Made by a program: the position numbers and the translations under genes. DNA of 64,000 nt from assembly GCF_003018255.1 (NCBI RefSeq), contig NZ_CP027440.1, one strand, 5' to 3'. This DNA is from Escherichia coli (GTDB lineage Bacteria > Pseudomonadota > Gammaproteobacteria > Enterobacterales > Enterobacteriaceae). Under the pieces are notes generated by a model, which saw nothing but the letters and a program-made list of their open reading frames with translations, was not told the DNA's origin and searched no databases. Shown here one piece after another: positions 12,248 through 29,794 of the stretch. The stretch's first letter is position 1; each line of letters starts with the position of its first letter.

Positions 12248-12586
12248 TTACTTCGTAGCCTGTGGATCAGTGTCGTATTCAGCACAGGTCTGATAACCGG
12301 AGTTGATGACATGTCCGGTATCATCTAACGCGACAAAGTAGGTTTCTGCTTTACCATCACGTTGACCCAGGATGTAGGTCTGGCAAGTACCACGAGCATG
12401 GATCATGCTCACTTCAGACGAAGGTTTACCCGCAATTTGTGCAACCTGCGCCCGGCTCATGCCTTTTTTGACGTCTTTCACCACAGGCTGTACAAACTGG
12501 TCTTTGGTACGATCATAAGCCGTACAACCCGCCAGCATGGTTAATACCGCCGCTGCACTCAGAATTCCTGCCATATTCTTGTTCAT
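12248..12586 (-). CDS. osmE: osmotically inducible lipoprotein OsmE
   Basis: 112-aa ORF with lipobox LAGC. Confidence 0.9.
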   Translation of the reverse strand: MNKNMAGILSAAAVLTMLAGCTAYDRTKDQFVQPVVKDVKKGMSRAQVAQIAGKPSSEVSMIHARGTCQTYILGQRDGKAETYFVALDDTGHVINSGYQTCAEYDTDPQATK

Positions 12587-12787
12587 ATTCCGTCCTCTTG
12601 TTTATCAGCGTGTTAGATAAGCCTGGAATACATTGGGCGCTTTTTCAAGCCCGTGAACGAAACGGCTCCGCTTTCAGAGGATTCCTGTATGACGTTTTAA
12701 CCACCATTCAGCCCGCTGTCGCTTGTCGTTTCAGTAGCAACGGGTTAGCTTTAAGGAAGTTTTGTCTTTTCTGTCTGGAGGGGTTCA

Positions 12788-13615
12788 ATGACATTGCAAC
12801 AACAAATAATAAAGGCGCTGGGCGCAAAACCGCAGATTAATGCTGAAGAGGAAATTCGTCGTAGTATCGATTTTCTGAAAAGCTACCTGCAAACTTATCC
12901 GTTCATTAAATCACTGGTGCTCGGGATCAGCGGCGGTCAGGACTCCACACTTGCCGGTAAGCTGTGCCAGATGGCGATTAATGAGCTGCGCCAGGAGACC
13001 GGCAACGAATCACTGCAATTTATTGCCGTACGCCTGCCCTATGGTGTTCAGGCCGACGAACAAGATTGCCAGGATGCCATTGCCTTTATTCAACCGGATC
13101 GCGTATTAACCGTTAATATCAAGGGCGCGGTATTGGCCAGCGAACAGGCGCTGCGCGAAGCGGGTATTGAATTAAGTGATTTTGTCCGTGGCAATGAAAA
13201 AGCGCGTGAGCGGATGAAAGCACAATATAGCATTGCGGGTATGACCAGCGGTGTCGTGGTGGGCACCGATCATGCTGCAGAAGCCATTACCGGATTCTTC
13301 ACTAAATATGGTGACGGCGGTACGGATATTAATCCGCTGTATCGTCTCAACAAACGCCAGGGTAAACAGTTACTGGCGGCATTAGGTTGCCCGGAACACC
13401 TTTATAAGAAAGCCCCAACGGCCGATCTGGAAGATGATCGCCCTTCTCTGCCAGATGAAGTGGCACTCGGCGTGACCTATGACAATATCGACGACTATCT
13501 GGAAGGGAAAAACCTACCTGAACAGGTCGCCAGAACAATAGAGAACTGGTATCTGAAAACCGAACATAAACGCCGTCCGCCAATTACCGTTTTCGATGAT
13601 TTCTGGAAAAAGTAA
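12788..13615 (+). CDS. nadE: NH3-dependent NAD+ synthetase
   Basis: 275-aa ORF with PP-loop SGGQDS motif. Confidence 0.95.
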   Translation: MTLQQQIIKALGAKPQINAEEEIRRSIDFLKSYLQTYPFIKSLVLGISGGQDSTLAGKLCQMAINELRQETGNESLQFIAVRLPYGVQADEQDCQDAIAFIQPDRVLTVNIKGAVLASEQALREAGIELSDFVRGNEKARERMKAQYSIAGMTSGVVVGTDHAAEAITGFFTKYGDGGTDINPLYRLNKRQGKQLLAALGCPEHLYKKAPTADLEDDRPSLPDEVALGVTYDNIDDYLEGKNLPEQVARTIENWYLKTEHKRRPPITVFDDFWKK

Positions 13616-13656
13616 TAATTTGCACATATTGGTTTGTGCGAAAAAGAGTACTTTGT

Positions 13657-13757
13657 TCACGCCGGATGCGGCGTGAACGCCTTACTCGACCTACAAAACT
13701 ATGCAAATTCAATACATTGCAGGAGTCGAATAGGCCTGACAGGCGTAGCACGTCAGA
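13657..13757. repeat. BIME/RIP-type REP cluster (nadE-cho intergenic)
   Basis: REP unit GCCGGATGCGGCGTGAACGCCTTACTCGACCTAC and inverted partner AATAGGCCTGACAGGCGTAGCACGTCAGAC; central segment near-identical to the one at 6540-6580. Confidence 0.8.
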
Positions 13758-13810
13758 CGGTGTAACCTTTGTCATCGACCCGCCTCTTTTTTAATCGCTC
13801 TCCGCCTGTT

Positions 13811-13830
13811 ACACTGGATAGATAACCAGC
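13811..13830 (+). promoter_or_regulatory. LexA (SOS) box upstream of cho
   Basis: ACACTGGATAGATAACCAGC: CTGG-N8-CCAG palindrome, a non-canonical SOS box variant, 15 bp before the cho start. Confidence 0.7.
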
Positions 13831-13844
13831 ATTCGGAGTCAACA

Positions 13845-15345
<1,501 letters not shown>

Positions 15346-15392
15346 TTAGTGGCGATCAGGCTTTTTTTGCATCTGTTTGAGAACAAAAAAGA

Positions 15393-15460
15393 AAACCGCC
15401 GATCCTGTCCACCGCATTACTGCAAGGTAGTGGACAAGACCGGCGGTCTTACGTTTTTTG
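15393..15460 (-). terminator. Long imperfect hairpin flanked by A-run and T-run; bidirectional-type intrinsic terminator downstream of spy
   Basis: CCGCCGATCCTGTCCAC ... GTGGACAAGACCGGCGG with flanking A6/T6 runs. Confidence 0.65.
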
Positions 15461-15469
15461 GCTGAAAGA

Positions 15470-15955
15470 TTATTCAGCAGTTGCAGGCATTTTACCTTTT
15501 GCCGCTGGACGTTCTGTCAGACGCTTCTCAAAATTAGCATTAAATTGCTTTTTCTGTTCCGGCGTCAGGATGTTGTAAATCTTGTTCTGGGTTTCCATGT
15601 GCGCCAGCATGTTAGCTTTGCGCTGTTCTTCCATTTTTGCGATCTGCGCTTCAGCTTTTGCTTTATCGAAGGTATCGCTGGCAATGATGTCATGCATTGC
15701 GCGGCGTTCTTCCAGCGGCGGACGTTTCATCTGGTCACGCTGGCCTTTCATGATTTCGCGGATCTGCTGTTTCTGCGCGTCGGTCAGGTTCAGGTCTTTG
15801 AACATCATGTCCTGATGCGGACCGAACTTGCCTTTGTGGTGCATCATCGGCTTCGCGTCAGCCGGTGCTGAGGTAGTGGTGTCTGCGGCATGGGCCAGGT
15901 TAGCCGCGCCAAGAGCCAGGGTAGAGGCAACAAACAGTGCAGTTAATTTACGCAT
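15470..15955 (-). CDS. spy: periplasmic ATP-independent chaperone Spy
   Basis: 161-aa ORF with signal peptide and Spy/CpxP-family sequence. Confidence 0.95.
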   Translation of the reverse strand: MRKLTALFVASTLALGAANLAHAADTTTSAPADAKPMMHHKGKFGPHQDMMFKDLNLTDAQKQQIREIMKGQRDQMKRPPLEERRAMHDIIASDTFDKAKAEAQIAKMEEQRKANMLAHMETQNKIYNILTPEQKKQFNANFEKRLTERPAAKGKMPATAE

Positions 15956-16092
15956 ATTCTATATCCTTCCTTTCAGTTATTTATTACGGCTTTCTTAAGT
16001 AGCGTGCCGTGTTGACGAGATTAACTTTACTGACTTTAGCGTCAATTAATCAGAGCAACGGTAAAACAATGAAAGTGTAAAAAACACTTTTG

Positions 16093-16110
16093 CGCCAATT
16101 ATGGAGAAAA
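16093..16110 (-). promoter_or_regulatory. BaeR-box-like site upstream of spy
   Basis: Minus strand reads TTTTTCTCCATAATTGGC, matching the recalled BaeR consensus TTTTTCTCCATDATTGGC; a second TCTCCATC copy at about 16121-16129. Confidence 0.6.
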
Positions 16111-16284
16111 AAAGAAAATTTGATGGAGAGTAATGAGAGAATATTACAACACGATGATTTTGCAGAGATTATGAAGAACTATACCGGATGACTGGTGATA
16201 AATAAAGCAAATAACCAGGATTAATCTGTATTAATTTATAAGAAAGTAACTTAATACCCGCAGAATGATTTCTGCGGGTAAGTA

Positions 16285-22348
<6,064 letters not shown>

Positions 22349-22384
22349 TTAATAATAAGTAATGTTAGCGCTGTAAATGTAGAT

Positions 22385-22400
22385 TGCAGGGTTCGTGCCA
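22385..22400 (-). promoter_or_regulatory. sigma-54 (-24/-12) promoter of astCADBE
   Basis: Minus strand reads TGGCACGAACCCTGCA, with GG and GC at the consensus spacing, about 75 bp upstream of astC. Confidence 0.75.
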
Positions 22401-22756
22401 GCCAGTGATAAAAGTGCATAAATCGCGGAGGCTAACTGGAAATCAAGGAGTTATAACCAAACATATGCATTTAAAGTGCATATAAAGTGAATACGTTTGC
22501 GATGTGGGTGAATAAAAAGAATAAAAAACGCAATGTTATGCAGAAGTGAAATATAATTCTGAAATTGTGATCATTGACGAAATTTACTGGAAATTACTGC
22601 GCCATTCTGACGCAACGCGCACCAAAAGCGGGCATTTTTTGCGCCATCGTTGACATCATTAACAACCATCGATCAAATCACTTAACAACAGGCGGTAAGC
22701 AAAGCGAAATTCTGCTACCATCCACGCACTCTTTATCTGAATAAATGGCAGCGACT

Positions 22757-23563
22757 ATGAAATTTGTCTCTTTTAATATCAACGGCCTGCGCGCCAGACC
22801 TCACCAGCTTGAAGCCATCGTCGAAAAGCACCAACCGGATGTGATTGGCCTGCAGGAGACAAAAGTTCATGACGATATGTTTCCGCTCGAAGAGGTGGCG
22901 AAGCTCGGCTACAACGTGTTTTATCACGGGCAGAAAGGCCATTATGGCGTGGCGCTGCTGACCAAAGAGACGCCGATTGCCGTGCGTCGCGGCTTTCCCG
23001 GTGACGACGAAGAGGCGCAACGGCGGATTATTATGGCGGAAATCCCCTCGCCGCTGGGCAATGTCACCGTGATCAACGGTTACTTCCCGCAGGGTGAAAG
23101 CCGCGACCATACGATAAAATTCCCGGCAAAGGCGCAGTTTTATCAGAATCTGCAAAACTATCTGGAAACCGAACTCAAGCGTGAAAATCCGGTGCTGATT
23201 ATGGGCGATATGAATATCAGTCCTGGCGACCTGGATATTGGCATTGGCGAAGAGAACCGTAAGCGCTGGCTGCGTACCGGAAAATGTTCTTTCCTTCCGG
23301 AGGAACGCGAATGGATGGAGAGACTGATGAGCTGGGGATTGGTTGATACCTTCCGCCATGCGAATCCGCAAACAGCCGATCGTTTCTCATGGTTTGATTA
23401 CCGCTCAAAAGGTTTTGACGATAACCGTGGTCTGCGCATCGACCTGCTTCTCGCCAGCCAACCGCTGGCAGAATGTTGCGTAGAAACCGGCATCGACTAT
23501 GAAATCCGCAGCATGGAAAAACCGTCCGATCACGCCCCCGTCTGGGCGACCTTCCGCCGCTAA
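22757..23563 (+). CDS. xthA: exodeoxyribonuclease III
   Basis: ORF 22745-23563; start placed at ATG 22757 ([14 protein letters not shown]...) giving 268 aa. Confidence 0.95.
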   Translation: MKFVSFNINGLRARPHQLEAIVEKHQPDVIGLQETKVHDDMFPLEEVAKLGYNVFYHGQKGHYGVALLTKETPIAVRRGFPGDDEEAQRRIIMAEIPSPLGNVTVINGYFPQGESRDHTIKFPAKAQFYQNLQNYLETELKRENPVLIMGDMNISPGDLDIGIGEENRKRWLRTGKCSFLPEEREWMERLMSWGLVDTFRHANPQTADRFSWFDYRSKGFDDNRGLRIDLLLASQPLAECCVETGIDYEIRSMEKPSDHAPVWATFRR

Positions 23564-23729
23564 TTTAGCTGTTCTCCTGGCTCAAACTGGGTCAGGAGAA
23601 TTAACCTTGAGAAAAATCAACAAACTGTCAGTAATGATTTGTTGCCTGCCGTCCTTTGTTATACCGTCACTGCGTTTTTAGTTGTCTGACCACTTCTCTA
23701 TTATCAAGTTTGATATAGGAAACTCCACG

Positions 23730-24440
23730 ATGAACGCTGAGCGTAAATTTCTTTTTGCCTGTCTTATTTTTGCGCTGGTCATTTACGCTTTCCACGCTTT
23801 CGGTTTATTCGAGCTGCTCACCGATTTACCTCACTTACTGACACTCATTCGCCAGAGCGGATTGTTCGGTTATAGCCTCTATATTCTGTTATTCATCATT
23901 GCCACCCTCTTTCTGTTACCAGGAAGCATACTGGTGATCGCTGGAGGGATAGTTTTTGGCCCGCTCTTAGGGACACTACTATCATTAATTGCCGCCACGC
24001 TGGCCTCCTCGTGCTCATTCCTGCTGGCGCGCTGGCTGGGACGTGATTTACTGCTGAAATACGTTGGCCATAGCCATACCTTTCAGGCCATTGAAAAAGG
24101 CATTGCGCGTAACGGTATTGATTTTCTTATTCTGACCCGCTTAATCCCGTTGTTTCCTTACAATATTCAAAATTACGCTTACGGATTAACCACAATCGCC
24201 TTCTGGCCTTATACCCTTATTTCGGCACTCACAACCCTGCCCGGTATTGTTATTTATACCGTGATGGCAAGCGATCTCGCCAATGAAGGCATTACGCTGC
24301 GCTTTATTTTACAACTCTGTCTGGCGGGCCTGGCACTGTTTATTCTCGTCCAGCTCGCAAAACTCTACGCCCGACACAAACATGTGGATCTGTCTGCTTC
24401 GCGCCGCAGCCCACTTTCTCACCCCAAAAATGAAGGATAG
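23730..24440 (+). CDS. ydjX: DedA/TVP38-family inner membrane protein YdjX
   Basis: ORF 23682-24440; start placed at ATG 23730 (MNAERKFLF...) with RBS agga upstream; 236 aa. Confidence 0.8.
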   Translation: MNAERKFLFACLIFALVIYAFHAFGLFELLTDLPHLLTLIRQSGLFGYSLYILLFIIATLFLLPGSILVIAGGIVFGPLLGTLLSLIAATLASSCSFLLARWLGRDLLLKYVGHSHTFQAIEKGIARNGIDFLILTRLIPLFPYNIQNYAYGLTTIAFWPYTLISALTTLPGIVIYTVMASDLANEGITLRFILQLCLAGLALFILVQLAKLYARHKHVDLSASRRSPLSHPKNEG

Positions 24441-24444
24441 AACG

Positions 24445-25122
24445 ATGTTGCAACATTATTCAGTGTCATGGAAAAAAGGACTGGCTGCACTCTGCTTACT
24501 GGCTGTTGCTGGGCTTAGCGGCTGCGATCAAAAAGAGAATGCGGCTGCAAAAGTGGAATACGACGGACTTTCGAACAGCCAACCGCTGCGTGTCGATGCC
24601 AATAACCATACGGTAACCATGCTGGTGCAAATTAATGGTCGTTTCCTCACCGACGACACTCGTCACGGTATTGTGTTTAAAGATGGCTCCAACGGACATA
24701 AATCGCTGTTTATGGGTTATGCGACCCCGAAAGCATTTTATGAAGCCCTGAAAGAGGCAGGTGGTACGCCGGGCGAAAACATGACGATGGATAATAAAGA
24801 AACGACTCATGTCACAGGCAGCAAACTGGATATTTCGGTCAACTGGCAAGGGGCGGCAAAAGCGTATTCCTTCGATGAAGTGATTGTTGACAGTAATGGC
24901 AAGAAACTGGACATGCGCTTTGGCGGTAATTTAACGGCAGCAGAAGAGAAGAAAACGGGTTGCCTGGTGTGTCTGGATAGCTGCCCGGTCGGCATCGTCA
25001 GCAATGCAACATACACTTATGGTGCGGTGGAAAAACGCGGCGAAGTGAAATTCAAAGGCAATGCCTCAGTTCTCCTGGCGGATAACACGCTGGCAACGGT
25101 TACCTTTAAAATCACCGAATAA
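24445..25122 (+). CDS. ydjY: predicted lipoprotein YdjY with C-terminal Cys cluster
   Basis: ORF 24283-25122; start placed at ATG 24445 (MLQHYSVSWKK...); lipobox LSGC; motif CLVCLDSCP. Confidence 0.8.
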   Translation: MLQHYSVSWKKGLAALCLLAVAGLSGCDQKENAAAKVEYDGLSNSQPLRVDANNHTVTMLVQINGRFLTDDTRHGIVFKDGSNGHKSLFMGYATPKAFYEALKEAGGTPGENMTMDNKETTHVTGSKLDISVNWQGAAKAYSFDEVIVDSNGKKLDMRFGGNLTAAEEKKTGCLVCLDSCPVGIVSNATYTYGAVEKRGEVKFKGNASVLLADNTLATVTFKITE

Positions 25123-25135
25123 AGCAGGATAACGG

Positions 25136-25843
25136 ATGATGAAGATGCAATCGCGTAAAATCTGGTACTACCGTATAACCCTCATCATCCTGTTGTTCGC
25201 TGTGCTGCTGGCATGGGCGCTGCTTCCCGGCGTCCATGTGTTTATCAATCGCAGCGTTGCGGCGTTTGCCGCCGTGGACCAACAGGGTATAGAACGCTTT
25301 ATTCAGTCTTACGGCGCACTAGCGGCAGTTGTCTCGTTCTTGTTGATGATTTTACAGGCCATTGCTGCACCGCTACCTGCGTTTTTGATCACCTTTGCCA
25401 ATGCGTCGCTGTTTGGTGCGTTCTGGGGCGGCTTACTGTCGTGGACCAGTTCGATGGCCGGCGCGGCACTGTGCTTTTTTATCGCCAGAGTGATGGGCCG
25501 CGAAGTGGTGGAAAAATTAACCGGCAAAACCGTACTTGACAGTATGGACGGCTTTTTCACTCGCTACGGCAAACACACCATCCTGGTATGTCGGTTATTG
25601 CCTTTTGTCCCTTTCGATCCAATCAGCTATGCTGCCGGTTTGACTTCAATACGTTTTCGCTCGTTTTTTATCGCCACCGGGCTTGGTCAATTACCGGCGA
25701 CTATTGTTTATTCCTGGGCGGGCAGCATGTTAACAGGCGGTACTTTCTGGTTTGTCACCGGACTGTTTATTCTGTTTGCCCTGACCGTGGTGATTTTTAT
25801 GGCGAAGAAAATATGGCTTGAGCGCCAGAAGAGGAATGCCTGA
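25136..25843 (+). CDS. ydjZ: DedA/TVP38-family inner membrane protein YdjZ
   Basis: 235-aa membrane ORF. Confidence 0.8.
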   Translation: MMKMQSRKIWYYRITLIILLFAVLLAWALLPGVHVFINRSVAAFAAVDQQGIERFIQSYGALAAVVSFLLMILQAIAAPLPAFLITFANASLFGAFWGGLLSWTSSMAGAALCFFIARVMGREVVEKLTGKTVLDSMDGFFTRYGKHTILVCRLLPFVPFDPISYAAGLTSIRFRSFFIATGLGQLPATIVYSWAGSMLTGGTFWFVTGLFILFALTVVIFMAKKIWLERQKRNA

Positions 25844-26391
25844 TGGGTTTACCGCCGCTTAGCAAAATTCCTTTCATTTTACGTCCGCAGGCGTGGCTGC
25901 ATCGTCGCCATTACGGCGAGGTGCTAAGCCCGATTCGCTGGTGGGGGCGGATCCCGTTTATCTTTTATCTGGTGTCGATGTTTGTCGGCTGGCTGGAGCG
26001 CAAACGCTCACCGCTCGATCCGGTAGTACGATCGCTTGTCAGCGCGCGCATTGCGCAAATGTGCCTGTGTGAGTTTTGCGTGGATATCACCAGTATGAAA
26101 GTCGCCGAGCGTACCGGCAGCACCGATAAACTGCTGGCAGTGGCTGACTGGCGGCAAAGCCCGCTCTTTAGCGATGAAGAACGGCTGGCGCTGGAGTACG
26201 CCGAAGCCGCAAGCGTAACGCCGCCAACGGTCGATGATGCCCTGCGCGCCCGACTGGCTACGCATTTTGACGCTCAGGCGCTCACCGAACTGACGGCATT
26301 GATAGGCCTGCAAAATCTGTCAGCCCGTTTTAATTCTGCCATGGACATTCCCGCTCAGGGGCTGTGCCGTATTCCTGAAAAACGTTCTTAA
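25843..26391 (+). CDS. ynjA: carboxymuconolactone decarboxylase (AhpD-like) family protein YnjA
   Basis: 182-aa ORF; start overlaps ydjZ stop by 1 nt; CxCxxC-like motif MCLCEFC. Confidence 0.8.
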   Translation: MGLPPLSKIPFILRPQAWLHRRHYGEVLSPIRWWGRIPFIFYLVSMFVGWLERKRSPLDPVVRSLVSARIAQMCLCEFCVDITSMKVAERTGSTDKLLAVADWRQSPLFSDEERLALEYAEAASVTPPTVDDALRARLATHFDAQALTELTALIGLQNLSARFNSAMDIPAQGLCRIPEKRS

Positions 26392-26400
26392 GGAGAGAAG

Positions 26401-27567
26401 ATGCGCCATTGTGGGTGGTTGCTGGGATTGTTATCGCTGTTTTCTTTGGCAACACATGCCAGTGACTGGCAGGAAATAAAAAATGAGGCCAAAGGACAAA
26501 CCGTCTGGTTTAACGCCTGGGGCGGCGATACCGCAATTAACCGCTATCTCGACTGGGTTAGCGGCGAGATGAAAACCCATTACGCTATAAACCTGAAGAT
26601 TGTTCGTCTCGCGGATGCCGCAGACGCGGTGAAGCGCATTCAGACCGAAGCTGCTGCCGGACGCAAAACGGGCGGTTCGGTGGATCTGCTCTGGGTGAAC
26701 GGCGAAAACTTCCGCACCTTAAAAGAGGCCAATTTATTACAAACGGGCTGGGCGGAGACTCTGCCCAACTGGCGCTATGTCGACACACAGCTTCCGGTGC
26801 GGGAAGATTTTTCAGTGCCTACAGAAGGGGCTGAATCGCCCTGGGGCGGCGCACAACTGACATTTATCGCCCGCCGCGATGTTACGCCACAGCCACCACA
26901 AACGCCGCAAACCTTACTGGAGTTTGCTAAAGCCAATCCCGGCACGGTTACCTATCCGCGCCCACCGGACTTTACCGGCACGGCGTTTCTTGAACAGTTG
27001 CTGATTATGCTAACGCCAGATCCCACAGCATTAAAAGAAGCGCCGGACGATGCGACTTTCGCCCGCGTCACTGCGCCCTTGTGGCAATATCTTGATGCAC
27101 TGCATCCGTATTTATGGCGCGAAGGAAAGGATTTCCCGCCTTCGCCCGCGCGGATGGATGCTCTGCTGAAAGCTACCACATTGCGCCTGTCGCTGACCTT
27201 TAACCCTGCACATGCGCAGCAAAAAATCGCCAGCGGCGATTTGCCTGCAAGCAGTTACAGTTTTGGTTTTCGCGAGGGGATGATTGGCAACGTCCATTTC
27301 GTCACCATTCCTGCCAACGCGAATGCCAGTGCTGCGGCGAAGGTAGTTGCCAATTTCCTGCTCTCACCCGATGCACAACTGCGTAAAGCAGATCCCGCTG
27401 TCTGGGGCGATCCTTCTGTTCTCGATCCGCAAAAACTGCCTGACGGGCAGCGCGAAACATTGCAATCGAGAATGCCGCAAGATCTGCCGCCGGTACTGGC
27501 TGAACCGCACGCAGGTTGGGTAAATACGCTGGAACAAGAATGGCTACACCGTTACGGTACGCATTAA
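26401..27567 (+). CDS. ynjB: ABC transporter periplasmic substrate-binding protein YnjB
   Basis: 388-aa ORF with signal peptide (LSLFSLATHA). Confidence 0.8.
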   Translation: MRHCGWLLGLLSLFSLATHASDWQEIKNEAKGQTVWFNAWGGDTAINRYLDWVSGEMKTHYAINLKIVRLADAADAVKRIQTEAAAGRKTGGSVDLLWVNGENFRTLKEANLLQTGWAETLPNWRYVDTQLPVREDFSVPTEGAESPWGGAQLTFIARRDVTPQPPQTPQTLLEFAKANPGTVTYPRPPDFTGTAFLEQLLIMLTPDPTALKEAPDDATFARVTAPLWQYLDALHPYLWREGKDFPPSPARMDALLKATTLRLSLTFNPAHAQQKIASGDLPASSYSFGFREGMIGNVHFVTIPANANASAAAKVVANFLLSPDAQLRKADPAVWGDPSVLDPQKLPDGQRETLQSRMPQDLPPVLAEPHAGWVNTLEQEWLHRYGTH

Positions 27568-29075
27568 TCTTTTTGCTGTGGGCGATGATGGCGGTGATTT
27601 ATGCACCGCAGATCCCGGCAGCTCTCACGCTGATATCGCCTGCTTTGTCGTTGACGCACTGGCAGGCGTTATTTGCCGATCCACAGTTACCGCAGGCATT
27701 ACTGGCGACGCTGGTGTCGACAACCATTGCGGCGGTCGGGGCGTTGTTGATTGCCCTGCTGGTGATTGTGGCGTTGTGGCCAGGGCCGAAATGGCAGCGT
27801 ATGTGCGCCCGGCTGCCGTGGCTGCTCGCCATTCCCCATGTGGCTTTTGCCACCAGCGCCCTTCTGCTCTTTGCTGACGGAGGGCTGCTTTATGACTATT
27901 TCCCGTATTTCACTCCGCCAATGGACCGATTTGGCATCGGTCTGGGCCTCACCCTCGCAGTGAAAGAAAGCGCATTTCTGCTGTGGATCTTAGCGGCAGT
28001 ATTGAGCGAAAAACGGCTGTTGCAGCAAGTTATTGTACTGGATTCGCTGGGCTACAGCCGCTGGCAATGCCTGAACTGGCTGCTGTTGCCCTCTGTCGCG
28101 CCTGCGCTGGCAATGGCGATGCTGGCGATTGTGGCCTGGTCGCTGTCGGTCGTGGATGTGGCGATTATCCTTGGGCCAGGTAATCCCCCGACGCTGGCGG
28201 TAATTAGCTGGCAGTGGTTAACTCAGGGCGACGCCGATCAACAAACGAAAGGTGCACTCGCCAGCCTGCTGCTGATGCTGTTACTCGCCGCCTACGTTTT
28301 GCTGGGCTATCTGCTATGGCGTAGCTGGAGGCGTACTATTCCCCGCGTAGATGGCGTTCGTAAGCCTGCCACGCCTTTATTGCCTGGCATTACTCTGGCG
28401 AGTTTTTTACCCTTGACCGGTGTGCTGTGTGTGGTTCTGTTGGCGATCCTCGCGGATCAGTCGACGATCAATAGTGAAGCGCTCATCAATAGCCTGACGA
28501 TGGGACTTACCGCGACGTTTATCGCTTTAATCCTGATACTGGCGTGGCTGGAATGGGGATCGTCACGTCGGCATTTCTGGCTATGGTTGCCCATTTTATT
28601 ACCCGCTCTGCCACTGGTGGCGGGCCAGTACACGCTGGCGCTATGGCTAAACCTAGATGGAAGCTGGACGGCGGTGGTCTGGGGGTATCTGCTGTGGGTA
28701 ATGCCGTGGATGCTGTTTATCCTGCAACCCGCCTGGCAGCGCATTGATTCACGGTTAATTTTGATTGCGCAAACACTGGGCTGGTCGCGGTCCAAAATCT
28801 TCTTTTACGTGAAATGTCCGCTTATGCTACGCCCTACGCTGATTGCCTTCGCGGTGGGATTTTCAGTCAGTATTGCACAGTATATGCCGACGCTGTGGCT
28901 GGGCGCGGGGCGTTTTCCGACGCTCACCACTGAAGCGGTGGCATTAAGCAGCGGCGGCAGCAACGGCATTCTCGCCGCCCAGGCTTTATGGCAACTGCTA
29001 TTACCGCTTATTATTTTTGCCCTGACCGCGTTAGTCGCAAAATGGGTAGGTTATGTCAGACAAGGACTCCGCTAA
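27540..29075 (+). CDS. ynjC: ABC transporter permease YnjC
   Basis: ORF 27516-29075; start placed at ATG 27540 (MATPLRYAL...); polytopic membrane protein. Confidence 0.75.
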   Translation: MATPLRYALIFLLWAMMAVIYAPQIPAALTLISPALSLTHWQALFADPQLPQALLATLVSTTIAAVGALLIALLVIVALWPGPKWQRMCARLPWLLAIPHVAFATSALLLFADGGLLYDYFPYFTPPMDRFGIGLGLTLAVKESAFLLWILAAVLSEKRLLQQVIVLDSLGYSRWQCLNWLLLPSVAPALAMAMLAIVAWSLSVVDVAIILGPGNPPTLAVISWQWLTQGDADQQTKGALASLLLMLLLAAYVLLGYLLWRSWRRTIPRVDGVRKPATPLLPGITLASFLPLTGVLCVVLLAILADQSTINSEALINSLTMGLTATFIALILILAWLEWGSSRRHFWLWLPILLPALPLVAGQYTLALWLNLDGSWTAVVWGYLLWVMPWMLFILQPAWQRIDSRLILIAQTLGWSRSKIFFYVKCPLMLRPTLIAFAVGFSVSIAQYMPTLWLGAGRFPTLTTEAVALSSGGSNGILAAQALWQLLLPLIIFALTALVAKWVGYVRQGLR

Positions 29076-29728
29076 TGCTCTGCGTGAAAAATGTTTCGCT
29101 ACGTTTACCAGAAAGCCGCTTGCTGACAAACGTTAACTTTACGGTGGATAAAGGTGACATTGTCACGTTAATGGGGCCGTCTGGCTGTGGAAAATCCACT
29201 CTGTTTTCATGGATGATTGGTGGACTGGCCGGACAGTTTTCTTGTACAGGGGAGCTATGGCTCAATGAGCAACGGATTGACATGCTACCCACCGCACAGC
29301 GTCAGATTGGCATTCTTTTCCAGGATGCACTGTTATTTGACCAGTTCAGCGTCGGGCAAAATTTACTGCTGGCGCTACCGGCGACACTTAAAGGGAATGC
29401 CCGACGTAATGCCGTGAATGATGCACTTGAGCGTTCAGGCCTTGACGGAGCTTTCCATCAGGATCCTGCTACTTTGTCTGGCGGTCAGCGAGCGCGCGTT
29501 GCTCTGCTACGCGCCCTTCTCGCCCAGCCAAAAGCGTTACTCCTGGATGAGCCATTCAGCCGTCTAGATGTGGCTCTGCGCGATAATTTTCGCCAGTGGG
29601 TGTTCAGCGAAGTTCGCGCCCAGGCGATCCCCGTCGTTCAGGTAACGCACGATCTCCAGGATGTTCCTGCTGATAGTTCTGTTCTGGATATGGCGCAGTG
29701 GTCAGAAAATTACAACAAACTGCGATAA
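29075..29728 (+). CDS. ynjD: ABC transporter ATP-binding protein YnjD
   Basis: ORF 28988-29728; start placed at ATG 29075 overlapping ynjC stop (TAATG); Walker A GPSGCGKST, signature LSGGQRARV. Confidence 0.85.
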   Translation: MLCVKNVSLRLPESRLLTNVNFTVDKGDIVTLMGPSGCGKSTLFSWMIGGLAGQFSCTGELWLNEQRIDMLPTAQRQIGILFQDALLFDQFSVGQNLLLALPATLKGNARRNAVNDALERSGLDGAFHQDPATLSGGQRARVALLRALLAQPKALLLDEPFSRLDVALRDNFRQWVFSEVRAQAIPVVQVTHDLQDVPADSSVLDMAQWSENYNKLR

Positions 29729-29794
29729 CGCAAAGTTTTTCTCAATGCGTCAGTTCAGAATGGCGCACTCAAAACTACAATGTCGGGATTTTCG

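Noticed and set aside
22733-23371. 212-aa ORF antisense to xthA
   Set aside because: Embedded antisense in a well-supported gene; no RBS and no recognisable protein features.
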